The notes: generated from the letters alone by a model not told the origin. Positions 44,988-54,501 are shown, counted from the first letter of the stretch. The stretch: DNA of 64,000 nt from Gammaproteobacteria bacterium (GCA_009842245.1 VYFT01000026.1:13465-77464); one strand, 5' to 3'. A program made the numbers and translations.

Positions 44988-45386
44988 CTAACCAATCACA
45001 ATTTGTACGAGGAACGAAAGTCCTGAATCCAACAACCACAAAATCAGTGCAAAAATCACGATCAAAATTAATACGATCCAGGTTGTCTGTAAAGTTTCTT
45101 GTCGCGTTGGCCAAATTACGCGTCGAATTTCTGAACGCGCGTCCCGCAGGAGTATCCATAGATTTCGCCCACGTTCGGTGGTAAGTAAAAGAAATACGCA
45201 ACCAATCGCCAAAGCTACCAAAATCAGCGCACGCCACAATGGTGCTATGAAGTATGCTTTTTCTGGATCTCCGTAGTACCAATTTCCGGCAATCCCACCG
45301 ATGACCACCAGATACACGAACCACCACTTGATGCGGTCGAGGATGCTTACTTCGTCTTGATCTTGCCTAGGTTTTGGGAAAGCCAC
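44988..45386 (-). CDS. secE: preprotein translocase subunit SecE
   Basis: Three TM segments and the RRVIWPTRQET motif, immediately upstream of nusG. Confidence 0.93.
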   Translation of the reverse strand: MAFPKPRQDQDEVSILDRIKWWFVYLVVIGGIAGNWYYGDPEKAYFIAPLWRALILVALAIGCVFLLLTTERGRNLWILLRDARSEIRRVIWPTRQETLQTTWIVLILIVIFALILWLLDSGLSFLVQIVIG

Positions 45387-45446
45387 TCTTGTTAATTTCC
45401 TCCACTAGTTTCAAGCGCTGAGTCGCTACGAGTCGTCAGAAAAGTT

Positions 45447-45522
45447 TGGCAGGCCAGGAGGGCATCGAACCCCCAACCTGCGGTTTTGGAGACCGCCGCT
45501 CTGCCAATTGAGCTACTGGCCT
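45447..45522 (-). tRNA. tRNA-Trp (anticodon CCA)
   Basis: The minus strand reads AGGCCAGTAGCTCAATTGGCAGAGCGGCGGTCTCCAAAACCGCAGGTTGGGGGTTCGATGCCCTCCTGGCCTGCCA. The cloverleaf folds by eye and the 3' CCA is encoded. Confidence 0.92.
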
Positions 45523-45681
45523 TTTGAGTATGAACACCGAAGTTGCGTAAGAGTACGCGAAAACCAGTGATTGTACTTTGTCTAACCCTGACGAAAATCT
45601 TTATATCTCTAGCTTACAACGACATTCGCTTGCTTTGGTGGTGCGATCCACTAGATGCCGACCGTAACTCTGAGGCTATAG

Positions 45682-45757
45682 TGGTGCTCACAATCGGATT
45701 TGAACCGATGACCTCTTCCTTACCAAGGAAGCGCTCTACCGCCTGAGCTATGTGAGC
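45682..45757 (-). tRNA. tRNA-Thr (anticodon GGT)
   Basis: The minus strand reads GCTCACATAGCTCAGGCGGTAGAGCGCTTCCTTGGTAAGGAAGAGGTCATCGGTTCAAATCCGATTGTGAGCACCA. Confidence 0.92.
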
Positions 45758-45810
45758 GTACGGGATGCAAACAACCTTAGTATGTTACTGAAACAACGTC
45801 CCTTTGTATT

Positions 45811-45884
45811 TGGTGCGGGCAGCGGGAATCGAACCCGCGCCATCAGCTTGGAAGGCTGAGGTTCTACCACTAAACAATGCCCGC
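45811..45884 (-). tRNA. tRNA-Gly (anticodon TCC)
   Basis: The minus strand reads GCGGGCATTGTTTAGTGGTAGAACCTCAGCCTTCCAAGCTGATGGCGCGGGTTCGATTCCCGCTGCCCGCACCA, close to E. coli glyT as I recall it. Confidence 0.92.
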
Positions 45885-45913
45885 GACAATACTCTCTACC
45901 AATCAAAAATTTA

Positions 45914-45998
45914 TGGTGGAGGGGGGAGGATTCGAACCTCCGAAGTCGTAGACGTCAGATTTACAGTCTGATCCCTTTGGCCGCTCGGGAACCCCTCC
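45914..45998 (-). tRNA. tRNA-Tyr (anticodon GTA), long variable arm
   Basis: The minus strand reads GGAGGGGTTCCCGAGCGGCCAAAGGGATCAGACTGTAAATCTGACGTCTACGACTTCGGAGGTTCGAATCCTCCCCCCTCCACCA (85 nt). Confidence 0.92.
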
Positions 45999-46161
45999 CG
46001 GCAACGGATACACTACTCCATGCGAATAAAGATTGCGAATTTTGTTGATTTTCGAGTATTTGTCAAGAGGCTTTCTCGCCCGATTTCGATCGGTTTTACC
46101 GATTTTAGTTGCAACAAACTGCCAGGTGATTGGCGCGTAATCTGACGATTAATAAAAGCCT

Positions 46162-47361
46162 CTAAAGATCTAGGCATCTCGACAGTTCTTCACACAAATC
46201 GTCAGGATCTTCCAATCCAACCGCAAACCGAAAAATACCATCACCCGTTGTAGCTCGATATTGCTCCTCCAACGAAGAAGGTAACACGAAAGACGAACGC
46301 AACATTTCATCTGTTTCCATCCAAAAGATCAAGCTTCGATGACTTCCTAAAGAAACGGCATAGTGTATGATTTCAACCTGATTCGGCATTTGCCGTGCAA
46401 GGTCTTTCCCGTCTTTAACAGAAAAGGACAGTAGTCCTCCCCAACATCCTTGCATTTGTTTTTTTGCTATTTCATGGCCAGGGTTTGACTCTAAACCCGG
46501 AAATAACACCCGAGTCACTCGAGGGTGAGATTCCAAAAACTTTGCGATCCTCATGGCACTTTCGGTATGAGCCTGCATCCGTAGCGGAGAAGTGGCGATT
46601 CCACGGGCGATCAACCACGCATTGAAAGGACTAAGCACCCCACCGATATGGACGCGTTCGTGGTCTCGAATAGCTTTCATGTTTTTGTGAGAACAGAGTA
46701 CAGCGCCGCCAAGCGCGTCACCGTGGCCACCAAGATATTTACTCAGTGAATGGACAACGAAATCCGCGCCCAATTCGAGCGGTTGAGTCGCGATAGGCGT
46801 AGCGAGAGTCGAGTCAACAACAAGTTGTGCTCCAGCTTGGTGCGCAAGCTCCGATACCGAACGAATATCCGTAATCGATAAGAGTGGATTCGAAGGTGTT
46901 TCAAACGACAACAATTTGGTTCGTCCAGGTTGAATAGCTGCTTCAATCATCCCTAAATCCGTCGGATCAACTAGCGTTATTTCAATTCCGGCGGAGTCCT
47001 TAAGAATCCGAATAAGCTCTGCGGTCCCACTGTAATGTACGTCAATGGCGACAACATGATCTCCTTGTTTCAATGTAGTATGGAGGATGGCAGCGGTAGC
47101 AGCCATCCCCGACGCAAAACAAGCACATGCGTCAGCATTTTCGAGAACAGCGAGCTTGTCTTCCAACATTCGCACCGTGGGATTGTCCCAACGAGAGTAC
47201 ACGTACGGTTTCGTGTCTCCAAAGGCATCAATCGAAAAGCCAGTGACTTCATCCATGACGAAACTGTTCGACATCGTGATATTTGGTGCGGAAGCCTTGG
47301 TTGCGGGATCGATTCTCTCGCCGGCGTGAATTGCTTGTGTTCGAGTGCGATACTTCGTCAT
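46162..47361 (-). CDS. Cys/Met-metabolism PLP-dependent enzyme (cystathionine gamma-synthase / methionine gamma-lyase / sulfhydrylase family)
   Basis: 399 aa with YSRWDNPT, SGMAA and the PLP-lysine motif HSLSKYLGGHGDALGG. AAGGA lies 8 nt upstream of the ATG. Exact activity cannot be resolved from sequence alone. Confidence 0.85.
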   Translation of the reverse strand: MTKYRTRTQAIHAGERIDPATKASAPNITMSNSFVMDEVTGFSIDAFGDTKPYVYSRWDNPTVRMLEDKLAVLENADACACFASGMAATAAILHTTLKQGDHVVAIDVHYSGTAELIRILKDSAGIEITLVDPTDLGMIEAAIQPGRTKLLSFETPSNPLLSITDIRSVSELAHQAGAQLVVDSTLATPIATQPLELGADFVVHSLSKYLGGHGDALGGAVLCSHKNMKAIRDHERVHIGGVLSPFNAWLIARGIATSPLRMQAHTESAMRIAKFLESHPRVTRVLFPGLESNPGHEIAKKQMQGCWGGLLSFSVKDGKDLARQMPNQVEIIHYAVSLGSHRSLIFWMETDEMLRSSFVLPSSLEEQYRATTGDGIFRFAVGLEDPDDLCEELSRCLDL

Positions 47362-47440
47362 GACCCTATCCTTCTGAGATGATTTAAGACAGTCCGACTA
47401 CAAGATTTGAAACGGTTTCTATCTCACGTCAGCGGGTAAG

Positions 47441-47516
47441 TGGTGCCGCCACGAGGAATCGAACCCCGGACCTTCTCATTACAAGTGAGCTGCTCTACCT
47501 GCTGAGCTATGGCGGC
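47441..47516 (-). tRNA. tRNA-Thr (anticodon TGT)
   Basis: The minus strand reads GCCGCCATAGCTCAGCAGGTAGAGCAGCTCACTTGTAATGAGAAGGTCCGGGGTTCGATTCCTCGTGGCGGCACCA. There is one G-A mismatch at the top of the anticodon stem. Confidence 0.88.
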
Positions 47517-47755
47517 CAGCTGACGACAAGAAGTGGAGATTCTAACTAAGAGGTTTCGTTCGATAGATATTCACGAACTATCTAAATACCACCGCCCCCT
47601 GTTTGCTTTTTGAATTAGCCTATCTGAAGGTTATATCTAATATGGATTCCGTTTATTTACCACCAACAGTACAGTGCGTTCGCCTCATTCGAACACGACT
47701 AGAACTGAACTTTGATCGATAGTGGGACTTCTGGACTGGGAGTTGCGAACTCAAT

Positions 47756-48466
47756 TTAGGGCAGCGCGAGTGCTAGTCCCTCCAACACTAAATCGGGAAA
47801 GTGGTGAGAAGGCAAATGCTGAAGTGCTTCACGAAGAGTCAATTCACCACCGGTGAAGATCAAAGTCGGTTGAACTCGAAAAATCTGCGTACCCACCTCG
47901 ATACAGCGGTTAACCCAGCCAAGATGAACATGAGCAAGCCCAAAATTAACCGCGTCATTGGTGTTGCGCGCCGGTGGCTGGTCATGTAAGCTGGATATTG
48001 CGTCGTCGCTGACTTGAACATCTCGAGTGCATTGGCCGAGTGCTGTTCTCATCGTGTTCCGCCCAGGTACGATGTACCCGCCTAGGTGACTGCCGTCAGC
48101 CCGAACGTAATCGGCCGTCAAAGCCGTTCCAAAATCGAACACCAATAAGTCGCACTGGACTCTGTTCCATGCCGCTACCAGTGCGAGCCAGCGATCTACA
48201 CCTAATTGCGTTACTTGATCGTAACCGTTCTGAACTCCAGCTAGTGTCTTCGTCGTTTTCGCAAACTCAGGTTTGACTCCAAACGTTTGAATTAGCTGTT
48301 GACTTAATTGAACATCAGATGCGGCTACTGTAGAGACTCTTACACGCGCGACTTCTCCTTGGAGCTTTGGGAGTTCACCAGTAACCATGCACCCTCGATG
48401 TTTTCCTACGCGCCACTTCGTATAAGAATTTCCAACATCTAAGTCCAATACTCTATCTTTCATCAT
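47756..48466 (-). CDS. coaX: type III pantothenate kinase
   Basis: LDLDVGNSYTKW (DxGNS phosphate-1 motif), FDFGTALT and FTGG motifs. Overlaps the birA stop by 4 nt. Confidence 0.88.
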   Translation of the reverse strand: MMKDRVLDLDVGNSYTKWRVGKHRGCMVTGELPKLQGEVARVRVSTVAASDVQLSQQLIQTFGVKPEFAKTTKTLAGVQNGYDQVTQLGVDRWLALVAAWNRVQCDLLVFDFGTALTADYVRADGSHLGGYIVPGRNTMRTALGQCTRDVQVSDDAISSLHDQPPARNTNDAVNFGLAHVHLGWVNRCIEVGTQIFRVQPTLIFTGGELTLREALQHLPSHHFPDLVLEGLALALP

Positions 48467-49416
48467 GTGTAGTCTAGGGATACGTCGCCGGCAATGACGT
48501 GATGAATCGTTCCGTCTTCAAGCTCAATACACAACTCTCCAGTTTGACGTACGTCGCGCGCGATCCCCTGGATGCTCTCACCTGGAGTCGAGACAGTCAC
48601 TGAAATTCCGCTCAATGCGTCGAGAGCGCTCCACCTCTCTCTAAAAACATGAAAACCCTGACTCTCGAAGCTTCGAATGGCATCGTAGACATTGCGCACA
48701 ATCGATACAGCCAATCTATTTCGAATCGGAGGCGAACAGTGGTCCAGGAGATCGGCTATTGGATTGTCTACTACTTCACCTATTAACGGACCACCACCGA
48801 TATTCAACCCGATGCCCACCACGATCTCAATTGGAGACATAGCGTGGACCACGTCAACTAGGATACCACCCACTTTGCGCTTGTCTAACAAGATGTCATT
48901 AGGCCATTTAAGTGTTATATCATCAATCCCTAGTTCTTGAATAGCATTCGCAACAGCTACTCCAATGATTAAACTGATCGCACCTAGATCATCGGGATCC
49001 CTGGACACTCTCGCACCGAGACTGACAGCCAGATTTCGACCCACCGGCGAGTGCCAACTACGACCGAACCGACCGCGACCCGATGTTTGCAATTCCGCAA
49101 AAAGTACGGTACCGGACAGGTCACTTGATCGTGCCAACATGAGCAACTCCTGATTGGTACTACCTACGCACTTTTTAACAACTACGGAGTTCAAATGCGA
49201 GACCCTGGTATTATTGCGAAGTTCTTGCTCAATGCAGCTTTCGTCTAAATATTCAATACCAGCAGGCAAAACCAATGTACTCCCTCGTAACTCAAAACCA
49301 AGTGATCGGACTGCTTCAGCTTCAGCACCTGTACTCGGGACGTACTCTCCAGTAGCAAAAATTTGCTCACAGATTTGTGCAAGTTTTGTACTCTCTTCTA
49401 GGAACTGACTACACAT
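48463..49416 (-). CDS. birA: biotin--[acetyl-CoA-carboxylase] ligase (BirA)
   Basis: GRGRFGRSWHSP (GRGRxGRxW) and KWPNDILL motifs. The N-terminal ~60 aa looks like a shortened or degenerate wHTH, so repressor function is uncertain. Confidence 0.88.
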   Translation of the reverse strand: MCSQFLEESTKLAQICEQIFATGEYVPSTGAEAEAVRSLGFELRGSTLVLPAGIEYLDESCIEQELRNNTRVSHLNSVVVKKCVGSTNQELLMLARSSDLSGTVLFAELQTSGRGRFGRSWHSPVGRNLAVSLGARVSRDPDDLGAISLIIGVAVANAIQELGIDDITLKWPNDILLDKRKVGGILVDVVHAMSPIEIVVGIGLNIGGGPLIGEVVDNPIADLLDHCSPPIRNRLAVSIVRNVYDAIRSFESQGFHVFRERWSALDALSGISVTVSTPGESIQGIARDVRQTGELCIELEDGTIHHVIAGDVSLDYT

Positions 49417-49556
49417 TACTGAGCTCTAAATCCCGCGCCATTCATTTCTTCTTAAAATTCTAGGTTACCTGTCAGCTGTGATAACAGTTTATTGTCAAGT
49501 GCGCCTTTGCGAACCTGCTCAAGTAATTTAGTTAAGTAAATCGGTAAACATCGCTT

Positions 49557-50474
49557 ATGTTAAATTCATCTTTTCTTAGAACTCTATCCTTTCCCTTCGT
49601 TGCATTATTTTTGCTGCTACTCTGTTCGACAGCTCTCGGTCAATCACAAATGCAGCATACCAAACTAGATCTCGTCGCAGAAGTTACCAGCGTTGCGGAA
49701 GAGTCGACGTTCAGCGTAGCGATTAGCTTGGATCCAGATCCCGGTTGGCATGTTTACTGGGTGAATCCTGGTGACAACGGTACTGAACCGAAAGCAACAT
49801 GGACTCTTCCCGATGGTTTTGAAGCTGGAGAGCTGCAGTTCACCATTCCTAGCTTTGTGCCGTTCCAAGAGTACATGTCGTACGGCTATGACGACAAAGC
49901 ACTCTTCATTACCGATATTACGCCCGCGAGCGAATTCGACGGGCCAGTCAAGATCGAATGTTCCGTACGTTGGTTGGTTTGCGATGACGCTGTATGTGTT
50001 CCCGAAAGAGGTACGGTTACCGTTTCGATACCAAAAGGAAGTGGGCAAAACATGAGCACGTGGCATGCAGACTTCGAAGCCGCTCGTGCTAAACACCCAC
50101 AAAAGGTTGACTGGAAGGCGGAATTTGTAGCTACGGAAGATACCGTCGAGTTAGAAGTCCACGTCCCAGAAGATGCCGGTGAAATTTCGGACGTTTGGTT
50201 TTTTCCTGCCGCACAAAAGTTGATCAACCACGGTCAGCCACAAGTCATTAGCTCGGCAAATTCAGTAATTAGAATCAAATCCACGGCAGGCGTTCGCTTT
50301 GGTCGATATGAAGAGATTGTTGGAGTATTACGGACCATTCCAAGCTCCGCAAAGGAAAAGTCCCAGTCCTTTGAAATTCGAGCCATGCGAGTACCAGAAT
50401 TAGCAGAACGCGATCTTGGTGACGCGAGCTCTAGATCGCCATCTGATATCAAAGTGCTAACCGTGGTTCATTGA
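49557..50474 (+). CDS. secreted stand-alone ScsB/DsbD alpha-domain-like protein (C-x4-C motif)
   Basis: Signal peptide, then GWHVYWVNPGDNG...VRWLVCDDAVCVPE. It can be aligned along its whole length with residues ~35-290 of the downstream 722-aa transporter. It has no TM or thioredoxin domain. Confidence 0.75.
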   Translation: MLNSSFLRTLSFPFVALFLLLLCSTALGQSQMQHTKLDLVAEVTSVAEESTFSVAISLDPDPGWHVYWVNPGDNGTEPKATWTLPDGFEAGELQFTIPSFVPFQEYMSYGYDDKALFITDITPASEFDGPVKIECSVRWLVCDDAVCVPERGTVTVSIPKGSGQNMSTWHADFEAARAKHPQKVDWKAEFVATEDTVELEVHVPEDAGEISDVWFFPAAQKLINHGQPQVISSANSVIRIKSTAGVRFGRYEEIVGVLRTIPSSAKEKSQSFEIRAMRVPELAERDLGDASSRSPSDIKVLTVVH

Positions 50475-50541
50475 TGTAGTTCTTGAGTTAACGCGGCTGT
50501 AACACTTAAATAGTTTCAACATTCATTTTCACGGTACGTTC

Positions 50542-52710
50542 ATGAAATCTCCACGCTTAAACATTCAGACACTTCGTTTCTCGCTGATTTCGGTTGCTTT
50601 GCTCTTGTTTACAACAGTAATTTATGGACAGACATCGAAACCTGACACCGAAATCGAGCTAGTTTCAGAGGTGTCGAGCGTCGCGGAAGGAACGTCGTTC
50701 GATCTTGCACTGCACTTAGAACCAAAGGATGGCTGGCACATTTACTGGATTAATCCCGGTTACGCAGGACTAGCACCTGAAGCAGAGTGGGAGCACCCCG
50801 AAAATTTCGCTATTGGAGATTTGCAGTTTAAAACTCCCCACTTCGTACCGTTTGGTGACTACATGTCTTACGGCTACGATGGTTCGACTCTCTTTATCGT
50901 AACAGTCGATACTCCAGAGACGTTTGACGGAGATGTCACCATTTCTGCGAAGGTTGCTTGGCTCGTTTGTGACGACTCCCAGTGCGTCCCTGAAAATGGA
51001 GAAGTTTCGATAACACTTCCTAAAGGAGACGGTTCGTTCACCGATGACTGGCACGATCGTTTTAACGCCGCCCGCTCCGAACACGCCACTGAAGTGGACT
51101 GGAATGCAACATTTGCGACGACTGAAAGTGAAGTTGTCCTAGATGTCGACGTTCCCACAGAATTAACTTTCGTGCATGATGTTTGGTTCTTTCCAGAGTC
51201 TGAGAAGCTCATTGATCATGCCGCGGAACAAACCATTCGAGTCAGTGATGGACGTATCAGAATTCAAACGGTTGCCGGTGCTTACTACGACAAGTATGAC
51301 GAGATGTATGCTCTACTACAGACCGCCCCTGATGCGGACGGATTGAGCCTGTCATTCCGCGTTCAAGCGACTCACGTAGAGGCATTGCCGAGTACTAAAT
51401 TTACCTCAGGCAAAACGAGAACACCATTGAACTTTGGTACCGAGGTCTTTACCGTTCCAAAATCTTCAGACGCGATACAAAAATTCTTCATGGCATTCCT
51501 TTTCGCGTTTTTGGGTGGACTCGTGCTAAATGTCATGCCCTGCGTACTACCGATTCTCAGCTTGAAAGCACTGCACGTAGCAGAATTGACCGATGCTGAT
51601 GCTAAAGCTGCCAGAATTGCCGGCTGGGCTTACACCGCGGGGGTACTCCTTTGCTTCCAAATTCTTGCGTTATCGTTGTTTCTGTTGCGAGCCGGAGGAC
51701 AGGAACTCGGTTGGGGATTCCAATTGCAAGACCCACTTATCTTGTCTTTACTGGCGCTCTTGGTAATCGTTGTTGCGTTCAACTTTTCCGGGTTGTTTGA
51801 GATACGGGGAACGTTTGCCAATCTCGGTGGTTTGACGTCAAAGCTCACGAATATGCGCGGAACTGGCGACTTTTTCACGGGGCTACTAGCCGTACTCATA
51901 GCATCTCCTTGTACTGTCCCAGGCATGTCTCTTGCTGCTGGATACGCACTAGCACAGCCATGGCCCTTACTACTCACGATCTTTTTAGGACTTGGTTTTG
52001 GTTTCGCACTTCCCTATCTGTTAGTCACTTTGGTACCACCGCTTCGTAGATTACTACCCAAACCGGGCGCATGGATGGAGACCTTTCGAAAGCTCCTTGC
52101 TTTTCCTCTATATGCTACGGCAATCTGGTTAATTTCTGTGCTAGGTTCTCAAGCAGGAATCAATGGCACTGTTATGTTTTTGTCTGTCGTACTTGTCGCG
52201 GCATTCGCCTTGTGGTCTTGGACACGTGGTCGAGAAACTAGCAAGATGTCTTGGCACGTGGTTGCAACCTTGAGCGTTGCTACGGTAGTCGCTATGTATG
52301 TCTGGCTGCCACCCACCACGGTCGCTAATACTCATGGAACTAGCGGAACAGTGGGTACATTTGCTAATGAAGTAGCATGGTCAGTCGAAGAGGTCGAACG
52401 ACAGCATGCGGAAGGAAAGCCAATCTTCGCTTACTTCACTGCAGACTGGTGCATTTCGTGTAAAGCGAACGAGAGGGTTGCATTAAAGTCTAAGAAAGTT
52501 CAACGGTATTTCGAAGAGAATGAGTTCGCTGTTCTGGTAGGGGATTGGACTTCCAAATCTGCGGATATCAAGCGTGAACTCGAAAAACACGATCGCGCCG
52601 GTGTGCCACTATATCTCTACTACAAACCGGGTGGCAATATAAACAAACCTGCAATACTGCCCGCGATTCTGACACCAAACATCGTGATCAAAAACACTTC
52701 GCTTGAGTAA
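50542..52710 (+). CDS. DsbD/ScsB-family thiol:disulfide electron transporter (alpha + membrane beta + thioredoxin gamma domains)
   Basis: The N-domain carries VAWLVCDDSQCVPE. The membrane core has the paired cysteines NVMPCVLPIL and IASPCTVPGM. The C-terminal thioredoxin domain has FTADWCISCK. Confidence 0.88.
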   Translation: MKSPRLNIQTLRFSLISVALLLFTTVIYGQTSKPDTEIELVSEVSSVAEGTSFDLALHLEPKDGWHIYWINPGYAGLAPEAEWEHPENFAIGDLQFKTPHFVPFGDYMSYGYDGSTLFIVTVDTPETFDGDVTISAKVAWLVCDDSQCVPENGEVSITLPKGDGSFTDDWHDRFNAARSEHATEVDWNATFATTESEVVLDVDVPTELTFVHDVWFFPESEKLIDHAAEQTIRVSDGRIRIQTVAGAYYDKYDEMYALLQTAPDADGLSLSFRVQATHVEALPSTKFTSGKTRTPLNFGTEVFTVPKSSDAIQKFFMAFLFAFLGGLVLNVMPCVLPILSLKALHVAELTDADAKAARIAGWAYTAGVLLCFQILALSLFLLRAGGQELGWGFQLQDPLILSLLALLVIVVAFNFSGLFEIRGTFANLGGLTSKLTNMRGTGDFFTGLLAVLIASPCTVPGMSLAAGYALAQPWPLLLTIFLGLGFGFALPYLLVTLVPPLRRLLPKPGAWMETFRKLLAFPLYATAIWLISVLGSQAGINGTVMFLSVVLVAAFALWSWTRGRETSKMSWHVVATLSVATVVAMYVWLPPTTVANTHGTSGTVGTFANEVAWSVEEVERQHAEGKPIFAYFTADWCISCKANERVALKSKKVQRYFEENEFAVLVGDWTSKSADIKRELEKHDRAGVPLYLYYKPGGNINKPAILPAILTPNIVIKNTSLE

Positions 52711-53011
52711 TTTCGAAGGTAGTACTAGGTTAATCTAACAGAGAAATTACAAACTTAAGCTCGAGCGATCGGCAAAACGGAGCGCGGAAATTGCACTGTG
52801 AGCATTGCTGGGACCTCAAAAGGAACACGGTTAAACAAGCTCACACACTCGGCTCGTAGACAGGTGTTCGACCACACATCGTATTGAAATTCCCACCAAG
52901 TCTTGTCTCACGACAATTCACAATACCGAATGAGTCTTCCAGGAATTCCAACTTCGGTTAACACTTCATTCCTTATTGTCGCCTAGTCGGGTCAGAGGGT
53001 TAAGCGAATGC

Positions 53012-53051
53012 AAAAAAAGACCGCTCTCCCTACTAGGGAGAGCGGCCTTTT
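53012..53051. terminator. bidirectional intrinsic terminator between the convergent dsbD-like and tlpA-like genes
   Basis: AAAAAAA-GA-CCGCTCTCCC-tacta-GGGAGAGCGG-CCTTTT. A 10-bp GC-rich stem is flanked by an A-tract and a T-tract, and it lies 23 nt after the minus-strand stop at 53074. Confidence 0.7.
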
Positions 53052-53073
53052 CGCTAAAAGTGCGAGCTAAACG

Positions 53074-54501
53074 TTAACTATCAAGTCTTGCTTTCAAAAA
53101 GTCTTCTAACTCGTCGGGTTGCAGATCTTTCTTCATGATGCAACTCTCGTCGTCAAGCACATACGTGTGAGGAATAAACCTAACGCCGTACTCCTGAGAA
53201 ATAGGACCCCATCCGTCAGCGTTAATCTCACCCAGATTGATCCACGGAGGTTGATGTTCTTCAACCGCCCCAGCCCAGTCTTCATGGGTACTATCTAAAG
53301 AAATTCCAACAATCTCGAATCCTTTCTCTGCATATTCGGCATAAAGTTTTTTCAGATGAGGGAATTGTGCGATGCAGGGACCGCACCACGATGCCCAAAA
53401 GTCAATCATTACAACTTCGTTGTCTGCTAAAACCGTGTTGAGCGCAACATCATTACCCTCAAAGTTGGCTAGCGTGAACTCTGGTGCGAAAACTCCAGGT
53501 ACCAACCTTTCATCATTTTCTTGGATCGCTACGCTCCGCTCCATACGATCAATCGTTGGTTGCACGCGAGCCGTGACGATTTCTTCATCCAGAACGGTCG
53601 CAAGCTTTTTCCACACTGCTAAAGCCTCGGCTTGCTGATCCCTTCCACGGAATGCACCTAGCTCCATTGCGAACAGTTGTTTCGTCGGGTCGTCGGTTTC
53701 ATTGACGACCTGCTCTAACACTGCACTTCGTTTCTCGGTCATAATCTCATTCATGCGAATCGTAGATTGTGTCAACAGGGGATACTCGGTGTCGTATTCA
53801 CGATCTAGAACACTAACGAAGTCGACGGTGTAGTCTGCACACTCCATAGCCGCCCAATCGAGTACTTCGGCGTGTTCAGATGGCACGCGTTCTTCTACAA
53901 CTTCGTTGTGCTCTTCGGTTGCTTCCGCAACCTCTTCTTCAACCTCTTCGGTCACGTCTTCATTGTCTGCTTCTGCTTTAGCTTCCGCCGCGGCTTGTTG
54001 CTTCTCCATTCGGGAGTAAATGCTCTCCATGTAGAAACCGTAAGCGACACTAGCGTCTAGATATTCGGGATCACTAGCCCAACTGGAAACAAGCTCTGCG
54101 TGTAATCCATCGCCTGTTGCCAACAAGGAATGATATGGGCCAAAATAATCGAGTGTCAATTCGCTTCCAGGTTCGATAATGGCTTGTCCCGAAGTTGGCC
54201 TTTCCATATCTGATAGATTCAGCGTTATATGCGCAATTGTCGCTTCTTCAACCATACCCTCAAGCGTAAATTGTGCGTTTTCGAGTTCAGTGCTCGCTAG
54301 CTCTACGGGCATCGGTGTTCCTTCTTCGGACACACCAGTGATGCTCACGGAGATCGTTGCACCTTCGAAGTCAGTACCAAAAGCACTGCTAAAGTCTCCA
54401 GTAATAGAAAAGTTAGACTCTTTAGACTCTTCCTCTCCACTCGACATGGGGATGAAAAACACCGCACCCACTAGAGCGCCTAAGCAAATAAATTTTTTCA
54501 T
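53074..54501 (-). CDS. TlpA-like periplasmic thiol:disulfide oxidoreductase with long N-terminal domain (paralogue 1)
   Basis: Signal peptide, an ITGDF-initiated N-domain, an acidic insert (EADNEDVTEEVEEEVAEATEEHNE), and a C-terminal thioredoxin fold with FWASWCGPC. Confidence 0.82.
   Translation of the reverse strand: MKKFICLGALVGAVFFIPMSSGEEESKESNFSITGDFSSAFGTDFEGATISVSITGVSEEGTPMPVELASTELENAQFTLEGMVEEATIAHITLNLSDMERPTSGQAIIEPGSELTLDYFGPYHSLLATGDGLHAELVSSWASDPEYLDASVAYGFYMESIYSRMEKQQAAAEAKAEADNEDVTEEVEEEVAEATEEHNEVVEERVPSEHAEVLDWAAMECADYTVDFVSVLDREYDTEYPLLTQSTIRMNEIMTEKRSAVLEQVVNETDDPTKQLFAMELGAFRGRDQQAEALAVWKKLATVLDEEIVTARVQPTIDRMERSVAIQENDERLVPGVFAPEFTLANFEGNDVALNTVLADNEVVMIDFWASWCGPCIAQFPHLKKLYAEYAEKGFEIVGISLDSTHEDWAGAVEEHQPPWINLGEINADGWGPISQEYGVRFIPHTYVLDDESCIMKKDLQPDELEDFLKARLDS

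Noticed and set aside
15608-45386. Dozens of plus-strand and out-of-frame ORFs of 60-194 aa inside ribosomal protein genes, rpoB/rpoC, fusA, tuf, secY and secE. Examples are 42191..42619, 32436..33020, 28303..28743, 29643..30074 and 44905..45327.
   Set aside because: They are antisense or frame-shifted shadows of strongly supported conserved genes. Their translations are Ser/Arg/Pro-rich and low in complexity, with no independent start signals.
45640-45681. TGGTGGTGCGATCC in the empty tufB slot resembles the reverse complement of a tRNA 3' end (possible tRNA remnant).
   Set aside because: No acceptor, D or anticodon arms can be folded from the adjoining sequence, so the resemblance is probably coincidental.
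49417-49556. CTGT...ACAG-type inverted repeats (CTGTGATAACAG, CTGT-N11-ACAG) in the birA/scsB-alpha divergent spacer, considered as possible SOS or BirA operators.
   Set aside because: The spacing does not fit LexA (N8), and the arms are only 4 bp. bio operators normally sit at bio biosynthetic genes, not here.
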